A stretch of 58,368 nt of DNA, filler included, from Sluysia triapertura (Eukaryota), in the NCBI GenBank assembly GCA_046118255.1. It is 4 parts of 4 records of this genome, joined end to end, with 100 filler letters (N's around TTAATTAATTAA, not from the genome) between each part and the next. Parts side by side here need not be neighbours in the genome. Positions count along the whole stretch, not along the records: positions 1 to 17,032 come from JBJNIA010193271.1; 3 more parts are not named here. One strand, written 5' to 3'. Shown one piece after another: positions 1 to 12,500 of the stretch. The notes under the pieces are model-generated. The model did no database searches. It was not told the DNA's origin and saw only the letters and a list, made by a program, of their open reading frames with translations. Position 1 is the first letter of the stretch, and each line of letters starts with the position of its first letter. The position numbers and the translations under genes are program-made.

Positions 1-96
1 GTTTACAATCAATTTAAATTTCAAATTGTTGGAACTCCAATGCCTAAAATTTATCAATTTTGCTAATAATATCAATATATTGGTTTTTTATTTCTT

Positions 97-564
97 ATGA
101 ATAAAACTAAATTATCCAGAAAGCTTTACGTATTTCTATCACCAGAAAATCTAAAGGAATTTAATTTCAGAGTAAAAAATGTATTGAATACGAAATACAA
201 TATCCTATATCTTTATGATAATTTATCAGTCGAAAATATTAATCTTGAAGATATCGAGAGTCTTTATGTATCGAAGGATATAGATCCAGGTACGGAATTG
301 CTGGTTCATTTTTCATTGCAGCACGAACGTGAATTAGAAATTGTGAACGGTGCTATTATTTCATCACCACTTAAAGTTATAAACAGCACAGGAATCAGTT
401 CAAATTTTCACAATTTTGATCTAATTAGTAAAATAGAAACATCAGCAACAACTACAACATCAGAGACATCAACTAAAATTTCTGAATCTATGACAGTTAA
501 TACATCAACTAAATCAATGAGTGATACAGTAAATTCATCGAAACCATTGTTATTATCAAGTTAA
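97..564 (+). CDS. ORF with a partial PR/SET-like C-terminal motif and Ser/Thr-rich tail; possible gene fragment
   Basis: SKDIDPGTELLVHF resembles the SET/PR motif 'xDIxPGxELLVWY'. The frame stays open after the TAA at 562-564 until a TAG at 706-708. The rest of a SET domain is not recognisable. Confidence 0.3.
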   Translation: MNKTKLSRKLYVFLSPENLKEFNFRVKNVLNTKYNILYLYDNLSVENINLEDIESLYVSKDIDPGTELLVHFSLQHERELEIVNGAIISSPLKVINSTGISSNFHNFDLISKIETSATTTTSETSTKISESMTVNTSTKSMSDTVNSSKPLLLSS

Positions 565-1025
565 ATGAATAATCAAATTAAATCATCTGTTGACTGTAAT
601 CATATGCAAAATTCATTATCAGATTTAAAAAACATCTTCCCACAAAAATATTCTATTCTAGAAATCCTTTTGCCAACTTCAAATAAACCTGATATTTCTT
701 TTGCATAGTCTTTAGATCATTTTTAACCTGAAATTATAAAATTTTGATTTTTAGTTATAGTTTACTTACTTACAATAGTGAGTAAGTGAATTATGACTAA
801 AAATTATAAGGTATCTACTTGGAATTTTACTGCAAAACTATCAATATGTTGCAAATACCACTGAAAAATCACTATGCTATTAGATATTATAATCATGACC
901 CCAGATAAAGGAAAAAATAGCTAAACTTTTGAGATACCTGAAATTATATAAATTATAAAAAGAATTTAATAAAAATAAAGAATTAATTAAAAAATTAATA
1001 GAGAGATCGATTTTGTTAAAAACTT

Positions 1026-1799
1026 ATGGTTACCTATAAACTCATCGAGTTTCTTCTTTTATTAATATTAATACTGCACTCGAATGCATTACGTGAAAAT
1101 CTAGCTTGGAAATTTGATTGGTTTCGTCTATATCTTGGAGAAATAAATTACTATCCTATTGAAAAGCATAACATGCCTAGTCGCGGTCTTATTGTATCTT
1201 CAAGTGAAAACGTTCACTCTGCCGTAAATTTGATAACTGGAGATATTGAATACAGACGATATTATCATCGCATCCAGGTGTCATGGATATGTTCATTTGT
1301 TCAACGATTAATTATTGTATTCGCATTATTGCAAGCTGTTGGATTACAATTTTGTACATCATTTCCATCATATTTACTTTATTTCAAGAAAGATAAAATA
1401 ACAGCTAAGAGAGTTCTTCAAAGTCTTCGAACGCGCAATTGGAATACTGATATAGAATTTGAACAGTTATGTGAAGAAATCAGTAGACAAATCGTAAAAA
1501 AAAGTTTGAAAGATATATTGACGAATTCGTTTGTTAATTTACGTTATTTGTTGATTTATTTAATTTTATTATACTTTTTATTTTTTGAGTTAATACATCC
1601 TGTGCTTTGTAGTATATTCATAGTGTTTTTCTTGTTAACTAATTCGGGCCTTAAGCCCTTTTTGATAAATTTTAAAATTAAACTAATTAATTGTTCTTGT
1701 TTAATAAAATTTAATTTTTTAAAACTAAAAAAATATAAAATAAAGAAAAGGGTTAAATTGATAAGAATAAGATTGTTAATGACGCCCTCAACACTTTAA
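1026..1799 (+). CDS. Chimeric ORF: signal peptide + EMC1-like N-terminus (aa 1-78) fused to a GLUT/SLC2A-like TM6/central-loop fragment (aa ~87-170)
   Basis: [19 protein letters not shown]...[24 protein letters not shown] resembles EMC1 AVYEDQVGKFDWRQQYVG...[44 protein letters not shown]...AKRVLQSLR...[10 protein letters not shown] resembles GLUT1 [20 protein letters not shown]...AKSVLKKLR...QEMKEESRQ. The tail is low-complexity AT-rich sequence. Confidence 0.6.
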   Translation: [257 protein letters not shown]

Positions 1800-2636
1800 T
1801 TGGTTTAAATTTTATAGTCGGATTAATATTTTATGTAATTTGGATTTTATGGTATTTAAAGTAATTTTATTATTATAATTATGATAAAGATATAAAAAGA
1901 AAAATTTTTAAAATAATAGTAACAGTAATACGATCTTAAAAACTTCAACCAGAGTTTCAGTAGTACAAATAAGGATTGACAGATATTCGCCATTCGATCA
2001 CTTATTTGGATTTCACAAATTTTTATCCATGAATACGTAATATTTGTTATTTTAAGGATATCCTATGATAATTTAGGATTAAAATTACACTTAAATTTTG
2101 TTAATATTTCATAACCACATATTACATCTGGTTCAATAATTTTATTTTCCAAATAAAATATTAAATTAAGTGAGATACCTTAATTTTTAATTGTCATATT
2201 TGTATAATTCTTTTGTATTTTATTTACAACCTTTGTTTTTTAAATATAATTCAAAGAATTAAACTTTAGTATTAACATTTTTGAAGAGTTTAAACATAAA
2301 CGTTAAGTTCTTTGAAGATTAATTTTAAAAGACCCTTAGTATAGGTTGACATACACAAGAATTTATAAGGAGATATTTGTAATTATTGACATAAAACCTA
2401 AAGCGGTGTCTTGTATGCATACAAATCATCGAATTCAGACGAACCCGAATAAGATTTTTGCATTTTTGCTGAGATATATTAATAATAAATTTATTTTTAA
2501 ATAAAATTAAAATAGTACATAAAAATTTGAAATTTATTTAGAAAAAATGACTTTATTGATAATTTACATAATACTCATTTTACAAATAAGATACTTAAAA
2601 ATATTTTTAATAATGAAATCTAGCCAATTAAATAAC

Positions 2637-5600
2637 CTCTATTTCAGGTCGGTCTGAAAAATTTGTAATAGTTAGCAATGGAGTGGAGTTGTTGGCTAAA
2701 GATCTTGACAATAACTTAGCTTTGCAAAATTTAGATTTGTGTGGATCACTTGTTACTTGTTGTACGTATTGCATCATATCTGAATAAGTGTAAGGATAAC
2801 AATGCGACAAATAAACAGTATCTCCTGAATGAGGAAATTCCATTGTCCAAGTTAAAGAGTAAAAATTTCTAGTTCCTTTACTAGTCTCATATCTAAATAA
2901 ATAAATTAACAAATTATATTTATTACTTTACAGACAATTTAATATAATTTAATGTAATTGGTTGTTAAATAATTACTAATAATTTTTATTAAAACTATAT
3001 GACCTTTATCAGGATTTTAAAATTAGTATTATCATTATTAAGATGAAAATAAAAAATCAATATCATCTAATAATTGGAGCAACAAATCATTTTAAATAAA
3101 CTTACTTTTTTATGTTAATATAGTAAGAGATATTAGATCCACATCTGTACCAACCTCGATTATTTTTTTGTGCTTCGATTGTACTGTACATAAGAGGACG
3201 CAAACCATTGTTATACAGACTGTTACTCTGGATGTGTTAAATTACCGTGTTAGATTTAAATAGAAATTTTATATAGATTAAAACAAATATTACAAAAACA
3301 TATTGATTTACAGCCTTATATCATTATTATTTAATTGTGTATTTAATAAATCAAAAAATTTCATTTAATTAAACACAATTTAATTCATACTTTGTATAAA
3401 TTTACAATCGTAAATCGATAACTGACTCCTGGACTATTTTTCATGTTTTTAACACGAAAGTAATACCACTGAGTGTGTTTATTTGTGTATAAATCAGCTC
3501 GAAGATATAATTCATAGTCATAATCACCTCTATGATCAAAAAATGAAATTGTATTATTTAAATATTAAGGTAATATTAAATTTTTATTTATAATAATTAT
3601 AGAGTAACACAACGCACTAAAAATCAATAAAGACACGATTTAATTATGATATCATTTTACATATTTTGGTCACGTTTTAGCGAATGACACAATTAATAAT
3701 GGTTTTCAGATTATTTAATGTTTGAATATAACTCTTGAGAAAAATATCAAATAGTATGAAGCAACATAATCTTGGTGGCTAATTAATATCATCAAAACGA
3801 GAAATTACACGATCTGGAAAATTATCTTTCAATAGATTGATTGTTAAAACTAAAATCATTCATAAAAGTTATCATTATTTTGCCTGTAGAAATCACTAAT
3901 CAAAGATAAAATTGTTTTAATTAAAACAGCATTTTTAAATAAAAAAGAAACAAAAGATTATAACAATACATGTTCACAAGCAAAAAAAGCTTAATTAGTA
4001 TTGGGTAATATCAAGACACTTCCAAAATAATCAATGACATACATTTTATATACTTTTTCTAAATTACCACATTCGAATCGAGATTCAAATTCCAATGTAT
4101 TATCTTGATTAGCAGAAATATCTTGAATGCTTGGTCGTATATTAACTGATCTTAGATTGGCATTGTCAGAAGGAGCTGATTTCGATTTCATGAACTTTAA
4201 ATATTAATATTATAATAATAATGAAAATTAATGTATTAATATATTCTTATAATAATAATATTAAGTAATAATAATTAATAACTATTATTATATATTAATT
4301 TTTCTTAGAAAAAGCCAACGTCCAAATGTAGCATAAAATTATTTTTTGTAAATAAGTATTTATAAATAAGTCCATCATAGAATATATTATATAAAGCGCT
4401 GTATCTCTTCACAAATAAAGTAACAATATAATTTTGAGGGAAATATGTGATTTTACATATTCAAAAAAGTAATGTATTGGGTAGTACAGAAAATATTGAA
4501 TCGATATATTTGTACTACTAGATAATAATCCGAATTTGTTATATTCGTAAACAACAAAAGTCTTACTGATCAAATCAAACTATTGTTGATTAACAGTAAG
4601 TTTGTCATTAAACCTTTCAGCCCCGGGATCATACTCAAGTAATACGAAAAGCATAATTTTAGCTTCCTCCAGATATAAAGATTATGCTCTTCATATTACT
4701 TTAGTAGGATCTTGCATAGCAGTTGACGCCATATGGCGGTCCCGGGGCTGAAAGGGTTAAATAAGTTCACTTTTAAGAAAAATTCGTATAATATTGTACA
4801 CCGTTAGGTTATCAGTCATCTAGTACAGGTGAACCCATTATTTGATATCTCCATTTTTGCCAAGAGAAGCTCGTGATACAATAATTATAATTATAATTAT
4901 AATTATATTGATAGTAAAGCATAATACTTACAAATGGTGCAGTAATTACTTTATAATCATAAACCAGTTGCCCACTCTCTTCTCCTCGTGGTTGTGATTG
5001 AAATTCAGTACCAGCTATTAAAGAAACAAAGAATAATTTATTAAAATAAATGATTTATTAAAATAATTTATTAAAGTAAGTGTTTCCAAAATTTTATTTG
5101 TTAAATTTTTAAAATCATGCCAAAATTAAATGAAATCGAGGTAACAGACAGACTAAACTAAGTTTTGATAGATATTTTTTTATATAATCTACAGTGTAAC
5201 TATTTTAATGCAAATAATTTCGAATGTTTATGTGCATAAAAAAATAATTTGTTTTAAATTCGTAGGCGAAACAACAATTAATAATTAAAATAATGTAAAA
5301 TTTTGTTGTAAATATAAGTTTAATAAAAGTTAAGTTTATCTTATGTTATCAGATAAAACATTTTTTGTGTTTTTGCGTAACTTCCGCGACAGCCGGGTAA
5401 CATCAATAAGTGTTCTGATGAATTTGCTTGTTTTAATAGCTGCATAACACTTATTACCGCTACATATATGTTGAGTATGCGTTGTTTATTTATGCTAGCG
5501 CTTGGCTATATCAGCTGTATACAGTGTGATAGGATATTTTAGATTTGTTTGTATCACGTCTAAGAATCCGTACTTAGAATTATGATTATGAATAAATAAT

Positions 5601-5716
5601 TTACTAGGCTCATCGCTTCATTACTTTCATTCGGATTTCTATATTTTTCGAAGTCAGTTAAAACCATTATTTTTATATTATGCTCGTGCTCAACAGAAAA
5701 ATAACTGATTTTATGA

Positions 5717-5794
<78 letters not shown>

Positions 5795-6551
5795 AATAGT
5801 ATAATTATACTTCAAAAAAATCCTTTTTTCCTTTAAAATATTTTGCGAAATAAGTAGTAAAATTAGTTTCTGCAGCAACATAGTAACGTTAAATAATAAA
5901 TCAAAATATTTAAAAGTAATAGATATAGTTCTTATAATATAATATAATGTAAAATATATTATAATATATTATAGTAATGGTAAAGTAATAAAATTCATTA
6001 CAAAGATTTTTTAATAATCAAGAAAAGTTATGACAAGAACTTACTTGGTTTATATAAAAGTTCTTTTTTTTCATGAATATCTCGAATATGGATAATTTTT
6101 TCATTAATTATGTCCATTTCAATAGGCCTATTTAAAATAATTATAGTTATAATTATAAAAACTAAAATGAAAATGATAAATCCTTTATTATTCTTTTGTT
6201 AAGTTTATTCAACTGGAATAAAAATTTTCAATATTCAAATTTTTATAAGTAGCACAATCAATAATTTTTAAATTTTGCAATTAGTTGAAAATAACGATAT
6301 TTAATATAAATCACTAGAGAGTCATATAATTTATATAGCTCTAAAATCTATTGTAAAATTAACACTCAAAAGCCCTTAAAATAAATTATTCATTAAAACA
6401 TTTCTGAAATAGAACGAATTTTGTCTTTTTCTTAAATATTTCATAATCATCAAGTAATTTAATATTTTCTGGTAGGTAGTTGTATATTTGTTAAATTATT
6501 TATTTTATTATCAGTGTTGTTGCTTGAACACATTTCATTTTTGATTTTCGC

Positions 6552-6603
<52 letters not shown>

Positions 6604-7319
6604 TCCAAGCGATATCCAAGACTTCCACAAGATTTGGAATTCTACTTTTATTTTCACAGAAATTCGAATACAACAAAATAAAGAATTATTAAGTTATTAT
6701 TTAACAGCTTAGTAAAATTAAAATTCAATGTTAAAAACAAACTACTTCTAATAATGTTAAATGGTAAATACAACTTTAATTTATAATAACAAAACAATTT
6801 ATTTAAAAGTTATTCACTTTATCAACTATTATTAAATGCCAATTATTCTATTGAAAATATTCTAACTGTTTAAAAGGCATCAACATTTAGTTTTATTAAC
6901 ATTATTAAAATTAACTAGCATATAATTATTATTACTACTATTATTTCATTATTATAATAATAAATTACATCTTTTTGAAAAATGAATAACAATATAACGA
7001 AGATAGCACATTTAATTTTCAATAAAACGGCATATTAATAATATTAGAATTATAAAAATTAGTCCTTAAAATTATTATAAATATAACAGTAAAATAGTAA
7101 CAACAAAATGTGGGTGTTTCGTTTTATTCTAGCAATAAGAATTTCAATAATAATTATATTAGTGCACCAAAAAATGGATATAATTATAAAGATTATTTTA
7201 CATTATTATTCTTGTCAAATTGTTGAATTTCATTTTTGATGTGTCCAATTTTTGCTTTAAATTTAATAATGTTTTAAAATTTTTGGAACTAAAATGGTAA
7301 ACTATTTTATTATGTTCTA

Positions 7320-7389
<70 letters not shown>

Positions 7390-9491
7390 TTATATTGCTC
7401 TAATATCTACTGTAAAATAAGTACTCCATTCACTATAATATTTCCGAAATAGACTCTTACCTTTTTCTTAGTATTTAACATTCCCTGATAGCTGTTAGTA
7501 TACTATCTCTATAAATCATTATATCTTCTAATAGTAACATTATAATAAAATCCAATTTACTAATTAATAGTTGTAATGTATTTGTATTATTTTGTTTTTA
7601 TTTACAATTAAATATAACGGATATAAATAATTGATTTATAGATAATATTTCTTTGTAAAAAAATCATTTACATAATTGACTTTATCATTACTTTTTGATT
7701 TGCATGTAATGCATATTCAATTTTTAACTATTTAGTTAATAATATCTGTGTGAATTTTATTATGTGAATATAAGATATAATATGAAATGTTACTTTGATA
7801 TTATTTTAATAGAAAATTAATCAATAGTTTATTAAAATAATATTGTGCTGTTTTATTAAAAAAATTGTATAATTATCCACAATGAAAATAGCTCCGTAAT
7901 GTATAATGTATAACTCAGTGGTCGGAGGAACAAACTAGGTTCGAATACTGATCAATCCAGCAATATAGTTGTTGAATTCATATGAATAATTAAAAAATAG
8001 TAATATAATTTCATTTAATAATACAATTTCATTTTATATATATAACACAATAAATCATCGATTTAATATACGTAAGTGGTTTTAAAAAAGGGTCGTAAAA
8101 ACAATAGCAATATTACGGAGTTTTAGTATCTGAAATTAACAAAGAAAAAGCGGAGGCAGGAAAATGATGTATAGAAATAGTTGGTTTATGTATAATACTG
8201 TTGCTTCTAATATCAATTAACGAAGAAAATTGGTCTCTTCTTAATTAATTCTATATAGTATTTTTATTGCACACACAATATAATAACATTATATTATCGT
8301 AGTATTTAAATAACAACGTTATAATTTGACAGAAATTTAAATGACAAAAAATAAACAACGTATAATAAATTTGAAATAATAAAAAATAAATTTAATAAAA
8401 ATTTTCGTTAAACTAATATTAAAAAAAGCATAAAAATCCAAATTAAAAAAAAGATACTTCGAAAATGCATATAACTTAAGAAAACAAAAGAAAATAAAGG
8501 ATCATTCAAAACTAAGAATTCAACAAATCTTAATTAGAAAATGGAGAAAGTTATGGATTAAGCGAGAGCAATATGTATGAATTTAGTAAAACAAAATGAA
8601 AAATGAATACTAACAATCACAAATAAATACAAACCTACATATAATCATCATTAAATGATTGAATGTAAATTAAATAAATAATATGTGAAAATAATCTATA
8701 TGATTTTAATTATCGAAAGGAACTCACCATAAAATTGAATTCACTATAGAATTATTCGTTATAGTATAATATCAGTGAAAATACAATTAACAAAAAAACT
8801 TAATGTAGACAAAAATATTTCGATACGTGCATATTCTAAACTGTTGAATTGATAAATTTGTATCTATCCTACAAAGGCTAACACAATTGAGTAGTTTGAA
8901 TATTAAGCACAATATCCAAATTATTGATATTTAACTTCGATTTTTGAGTTTAGAGTGTATTAATCAAAATTAAAAATTAATCAAATTTTGCATATTCATC
9001 TCCACCACCAAAGACGAATCGAAAAGTCTGAGATTATGTAATTCAAGTTAAAAATCGAAACACAAAATCGAATATATTTTTATAATGATAAACAAATAAA
9101 TAAGGTCATTAAAAATACAATTTTTAAATTAAATAAGCTAATAAAATTTTAATTCATCATTTAAACATATAATGTATGTGACTATACAACTAAATGATAG
9201 ATCTATTATTGTGAGCTTTGTTGGAAAAGCGTTTGAATGTCTAACTTTAGAAATTTTACATTTTAGTACAAAAAATAATTATCTCAACAATAATGCTAAA
9301 ATCCAATATATAAATAGATGAACGATGAAATTCCTCGAAATATTAAACTTATTATCACAAATAATTTACTAACCAGCGAGGTTTTTGTGAGAAATTAATT
9401 TCAAAATCTTGTTGTATCGGATCTCGTAATTTGCGTAAAATTTTACCGTTTTCTAGGTCAGTAAAAATCAATTGTGTCGTACGAAATTCTT
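2637..9491 (-). CDS. AGBL2: Cytosolic carboxypeptidase 2/3 (AGBL2/AGBL3, tubulin deglutamylase), partial multi-exon gene
   Basis: GT-AG, phase-consistent exons: 9491-9374, 6127-6045, 5014-4932, 4194-4043, 3529-3391, 3227-3106, 2892-2637. They encode [95 protein letters not shown] and PLLTIT, all CCP2/3 hallmarks. The first exon(s) and the catalytic RVHPGE exon were not found in the window. Confidence 0.9.
4612..4756. mobile_element. piggyBac-like MITE (145 bp) in an AGBL intron
   Basis: TTAA on both sides (4608-4611 and 4757-4760). 19-bp TIRs: ACCTTTCAGCCCCGGGATC versus revcomp CCCTTTCAGCCCCGGGACC. TTAA target plus CCC terminus is the piggyBac signature. Confidence 0.8.
5719..5793. repeat. 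(TTA)n microsatellite
   Basis: Direct read; intronic. Confidence 0.95.
6554..6603. repeat. (TTA)n microsatellite
   Basis: Direct read; intronic. Confidence 0.95.
7321..7387. repeat. (ATA)n microsatellite
   Basis: Direct read; intronic. Confidence 0.95.
7891..7962 (+). pseudogene. tRNA-derived relic / SINE head with Pol III A and B boxes
   Basis: A-box-like TAACTCAGTGG at 7911-7921 and B-box-like GGTTCGAATAC at 7938-7948. The spacing is too short for an anticodon arm, so this is not a functional tRNA. Confidence 0.4.
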
Positions 9492-9498
9492 CTAATTG

Positions 9499-9564
<66 letters not shown>
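9499..9564. repeat. (ATA)n microsatellite directly upstream of an AGBL splice acceptor
   Basis: Direct read; it is the source of the spurious poly-Tyr in ORF 9355-9579. Confidence 0.95.
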
Positions 9565-9566
<2 letters not shown>

Positions 9567-12500
9567 GTACATATATCAAAGCTGCAATAATGTTAATAGC
9601 TTATACCAAATGCATCTTTTTCTTATTTTAAAATTTCAGATCACCTTCAAATAGAAGCGTATTGGTCTACTTATTTAATATATATATAATAAATAATAAT
9701 GATTAAAAAAAGTCACATGAATAAACAAATAAATGTTTTTTCAGATAATTTTCCTTATCAGATATATTTTTTCTGGTTTTAATTGATTATCTAAAGTGTT
9801 TTATAATTTTATTCAACTTCACTATTTATAATTTATTATTTTATTTTTATTTTAATTTTTATAAAAATTTTTAATTTTAATTTTATTTTTCCATCTTGTT
9901 ATGAAATAAATTCGCAATTTCGGTCTTCGAAATATTTATCATTTTGGCTTATCATTCTTACTTTAACTATTCGATTAACTTAAGTAAACTGAATAATATA
10001 TAATGATTTCTGAATAATGCTTTTCGTAAATAATATTTTTTATTAACAGTTTCATCGCTTGTAAAATACTTAAGCGCAGTTAACGTCATCTTTTTATGGT
10101 CTTATTTCACTTTTAAAATCACTTCAATCAATAATATATTGATGAACTCGAAATTAACATTTATTAAAAATATTAAATCCTTGATTTCTTTTGATTTGCT
10201 GGATTTTTCAAAACTTTCAATAACATTTTGTATCATTCTAATACTTTGTGATATATTGATGTTATTAGAGGCTTGCTAATAATAAAGAAATAATAAAGAA
10301 TCTTTAGTATGTCAATGAAATATGTGCTGTGTTACTGGACATATTTTTTGTAAATAGCAGAAACAATAAAATCAATAATATAATGGTGTAAAAGCTGTAC
10401 ATTAATATTATGGATATGTGAAACACTTTTTGGCAAGGCTATATAAATTAAATGTAAAAATAGCAAATATAAAATAACAGTTTTACTATATTCGTATTCT
10501 TCGGACCATTTTCGTTTTACTGATAAATGTACAAAGTTTCTTAAATCCCGATAACATTTATTTTTTCAACTTAAAGTGATTACTAAATTCGATTTATGTG
10601 AAATTGTAATATATCAATTAAATATGTAATAAAATTTTTTCTGTTTCCGATACGACAAATTTTAAATAATTTTAAATCTTTATTTAGTTAAAAAATTGTG
10701 TAAATTTTAAATTTGACATCTTTTTTAAGCACAAATGTATCAATAAAGACATTTTAATTTTGCTTTTCGTCAATAGATATATCCATATTAGATTTATCTG
10801 GGAAATACGTTTTTGATAGTGATCTTAAATTTGGACCATGTTTCGATTGGTTGTAATGATTACATCATTTTTGTAATATGATTGGCTAAAATAAATGGGT
10901 ACATACACTGATTAAAAAGTAGAATTTTGGTAAAATATAGGATCTGTTAGTGTTTCTTTCTATTAATGTATTAGTAGTCAAAGTCGATTGTAATGGTTAA
11001 TTAATCAGAAACATTAAGTCGCGTTATTATCTGCTAGTACTTAATCCAAAAATCAACCATACTTCTACAATATTGTGTTATTCACGGTTACTAAGGTTAC
11101 AAAGGCTTTATGGTAAACTCTTGTAACCATATATACATCCAATCTTGCATTGATGACGTTTAAACTGTTTAAGAATTGTGTAACAATCTAAAAGAATCTT
11201 ATCAGAAAGGTCTATTTATGCAAGAAAAATGTACATATATATATATATATATAACGTACGAAGAAATACCCAATAAGAAATGATACCAACCTGATCTTTT
11301 AATGATGTAGATGCTATCTATTATGAGATATTTCTAAATAATAACATAGAATCATCACAAAACCTAAGTGTTTTATTCTATGATTACATTTTAAGAATAA
11401 TGAAAAAATTACTTCTACATCCTTAACGTAGACACTCACATTTCTTAAATGCTCCTGAAGGCTACGCTACTAGTAAAAATGTATATTATTAGTATTCAAT
11501 TTAAACTTAAACTATAAGGAAAAAATCAAATACATGCATGGAACAATTCATTTTGTCATTTATTTTCTTTATTAATACAGTTAACGTGACATACAAAGAA
11601 AAACTATTGATCTTAAGTTTCTCACTATGATTTCGCATTTCTTCGCATTTTAATTCATTTTAACATCCAAAACAGTTGGTTTATCTAATCAAATCTTCAA
11701 TATGTTTGATTGAATTTCTAGTTTGTTTTACTTGTGCATATGATTAATTTTTTTGAAGAACTAAATCTTAAATTAATACGTCACTTTAAATTAATTACAA
11801 CCTTATAGTAAAGCGAATTGTTTTCATACTTGTAAATTTTTTCTGACATTTGTTATTGCCATACCACGTTTCTTTGAATATAAACAATATATTTAAGAAT
11901 GCAAGTTTGATTAAATTTAATTACTATCCTTTAATAACTACATCTTACTTAATATACATTTGTAGTTTATGATAACAGCAGAATTTAATTTAATTTTGGT
12001 TTATGAATTAATAACCTTTAATTTTTGATATTGGTATATATTTAGATTCCGGACGAAGTGAACTTCGAATATATAACCTATTTTACTATTTACACTATCT
12101 ATATTTGGTAATTTATATAAATTATGTGATAAAACCAGCCATTTAAATTATTTATATCTGTGTAAAATAAAAGCTATTATCAACTTTCGAGAAATATTTC
12201 TGGACAAAGACAATTCTAACTGTTACAGCAATTTCGAAAAAACTAAGCTTATCAGGATTAGTTAAAATCAGTAACTCATTGATTTAAATTCTGACGCGAA
12301 GCTTAAACCACACAATGATGAAAAGTAGGATAAATTTCTAAATTATTCAAAGATATCGACAAAAAATTATATATCTAATTTAAGACACCATAAAATAATC
12401 AAACAAATTAATTTAATTCTTATTACATTTTAAAAGCCTTGTTACAAATCGTCATTACTTATATCATTATTCCATGGCTTTAATTGAAATTTCTGTAATG

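Noticed and set aside
5383-5411. Helitron-like 3' end CCGCGACAGCCGGGTAACATCAATAAGT
   Set aside because: The hairpin is weak, there is no CTRR terminus, and no second copy was seen.
9355-9579. Poly-tyrosine protein
   Set aside because: Translation of an intronic (TAT)n microsatellite; only 9374-9491 is exon.
11600-11890. Possible mini-gene with a 41-nt GT-AG intron (11761-11801, minus strand)
   Set aside because: All spliced frames stop within a few codons; no recognisable product.
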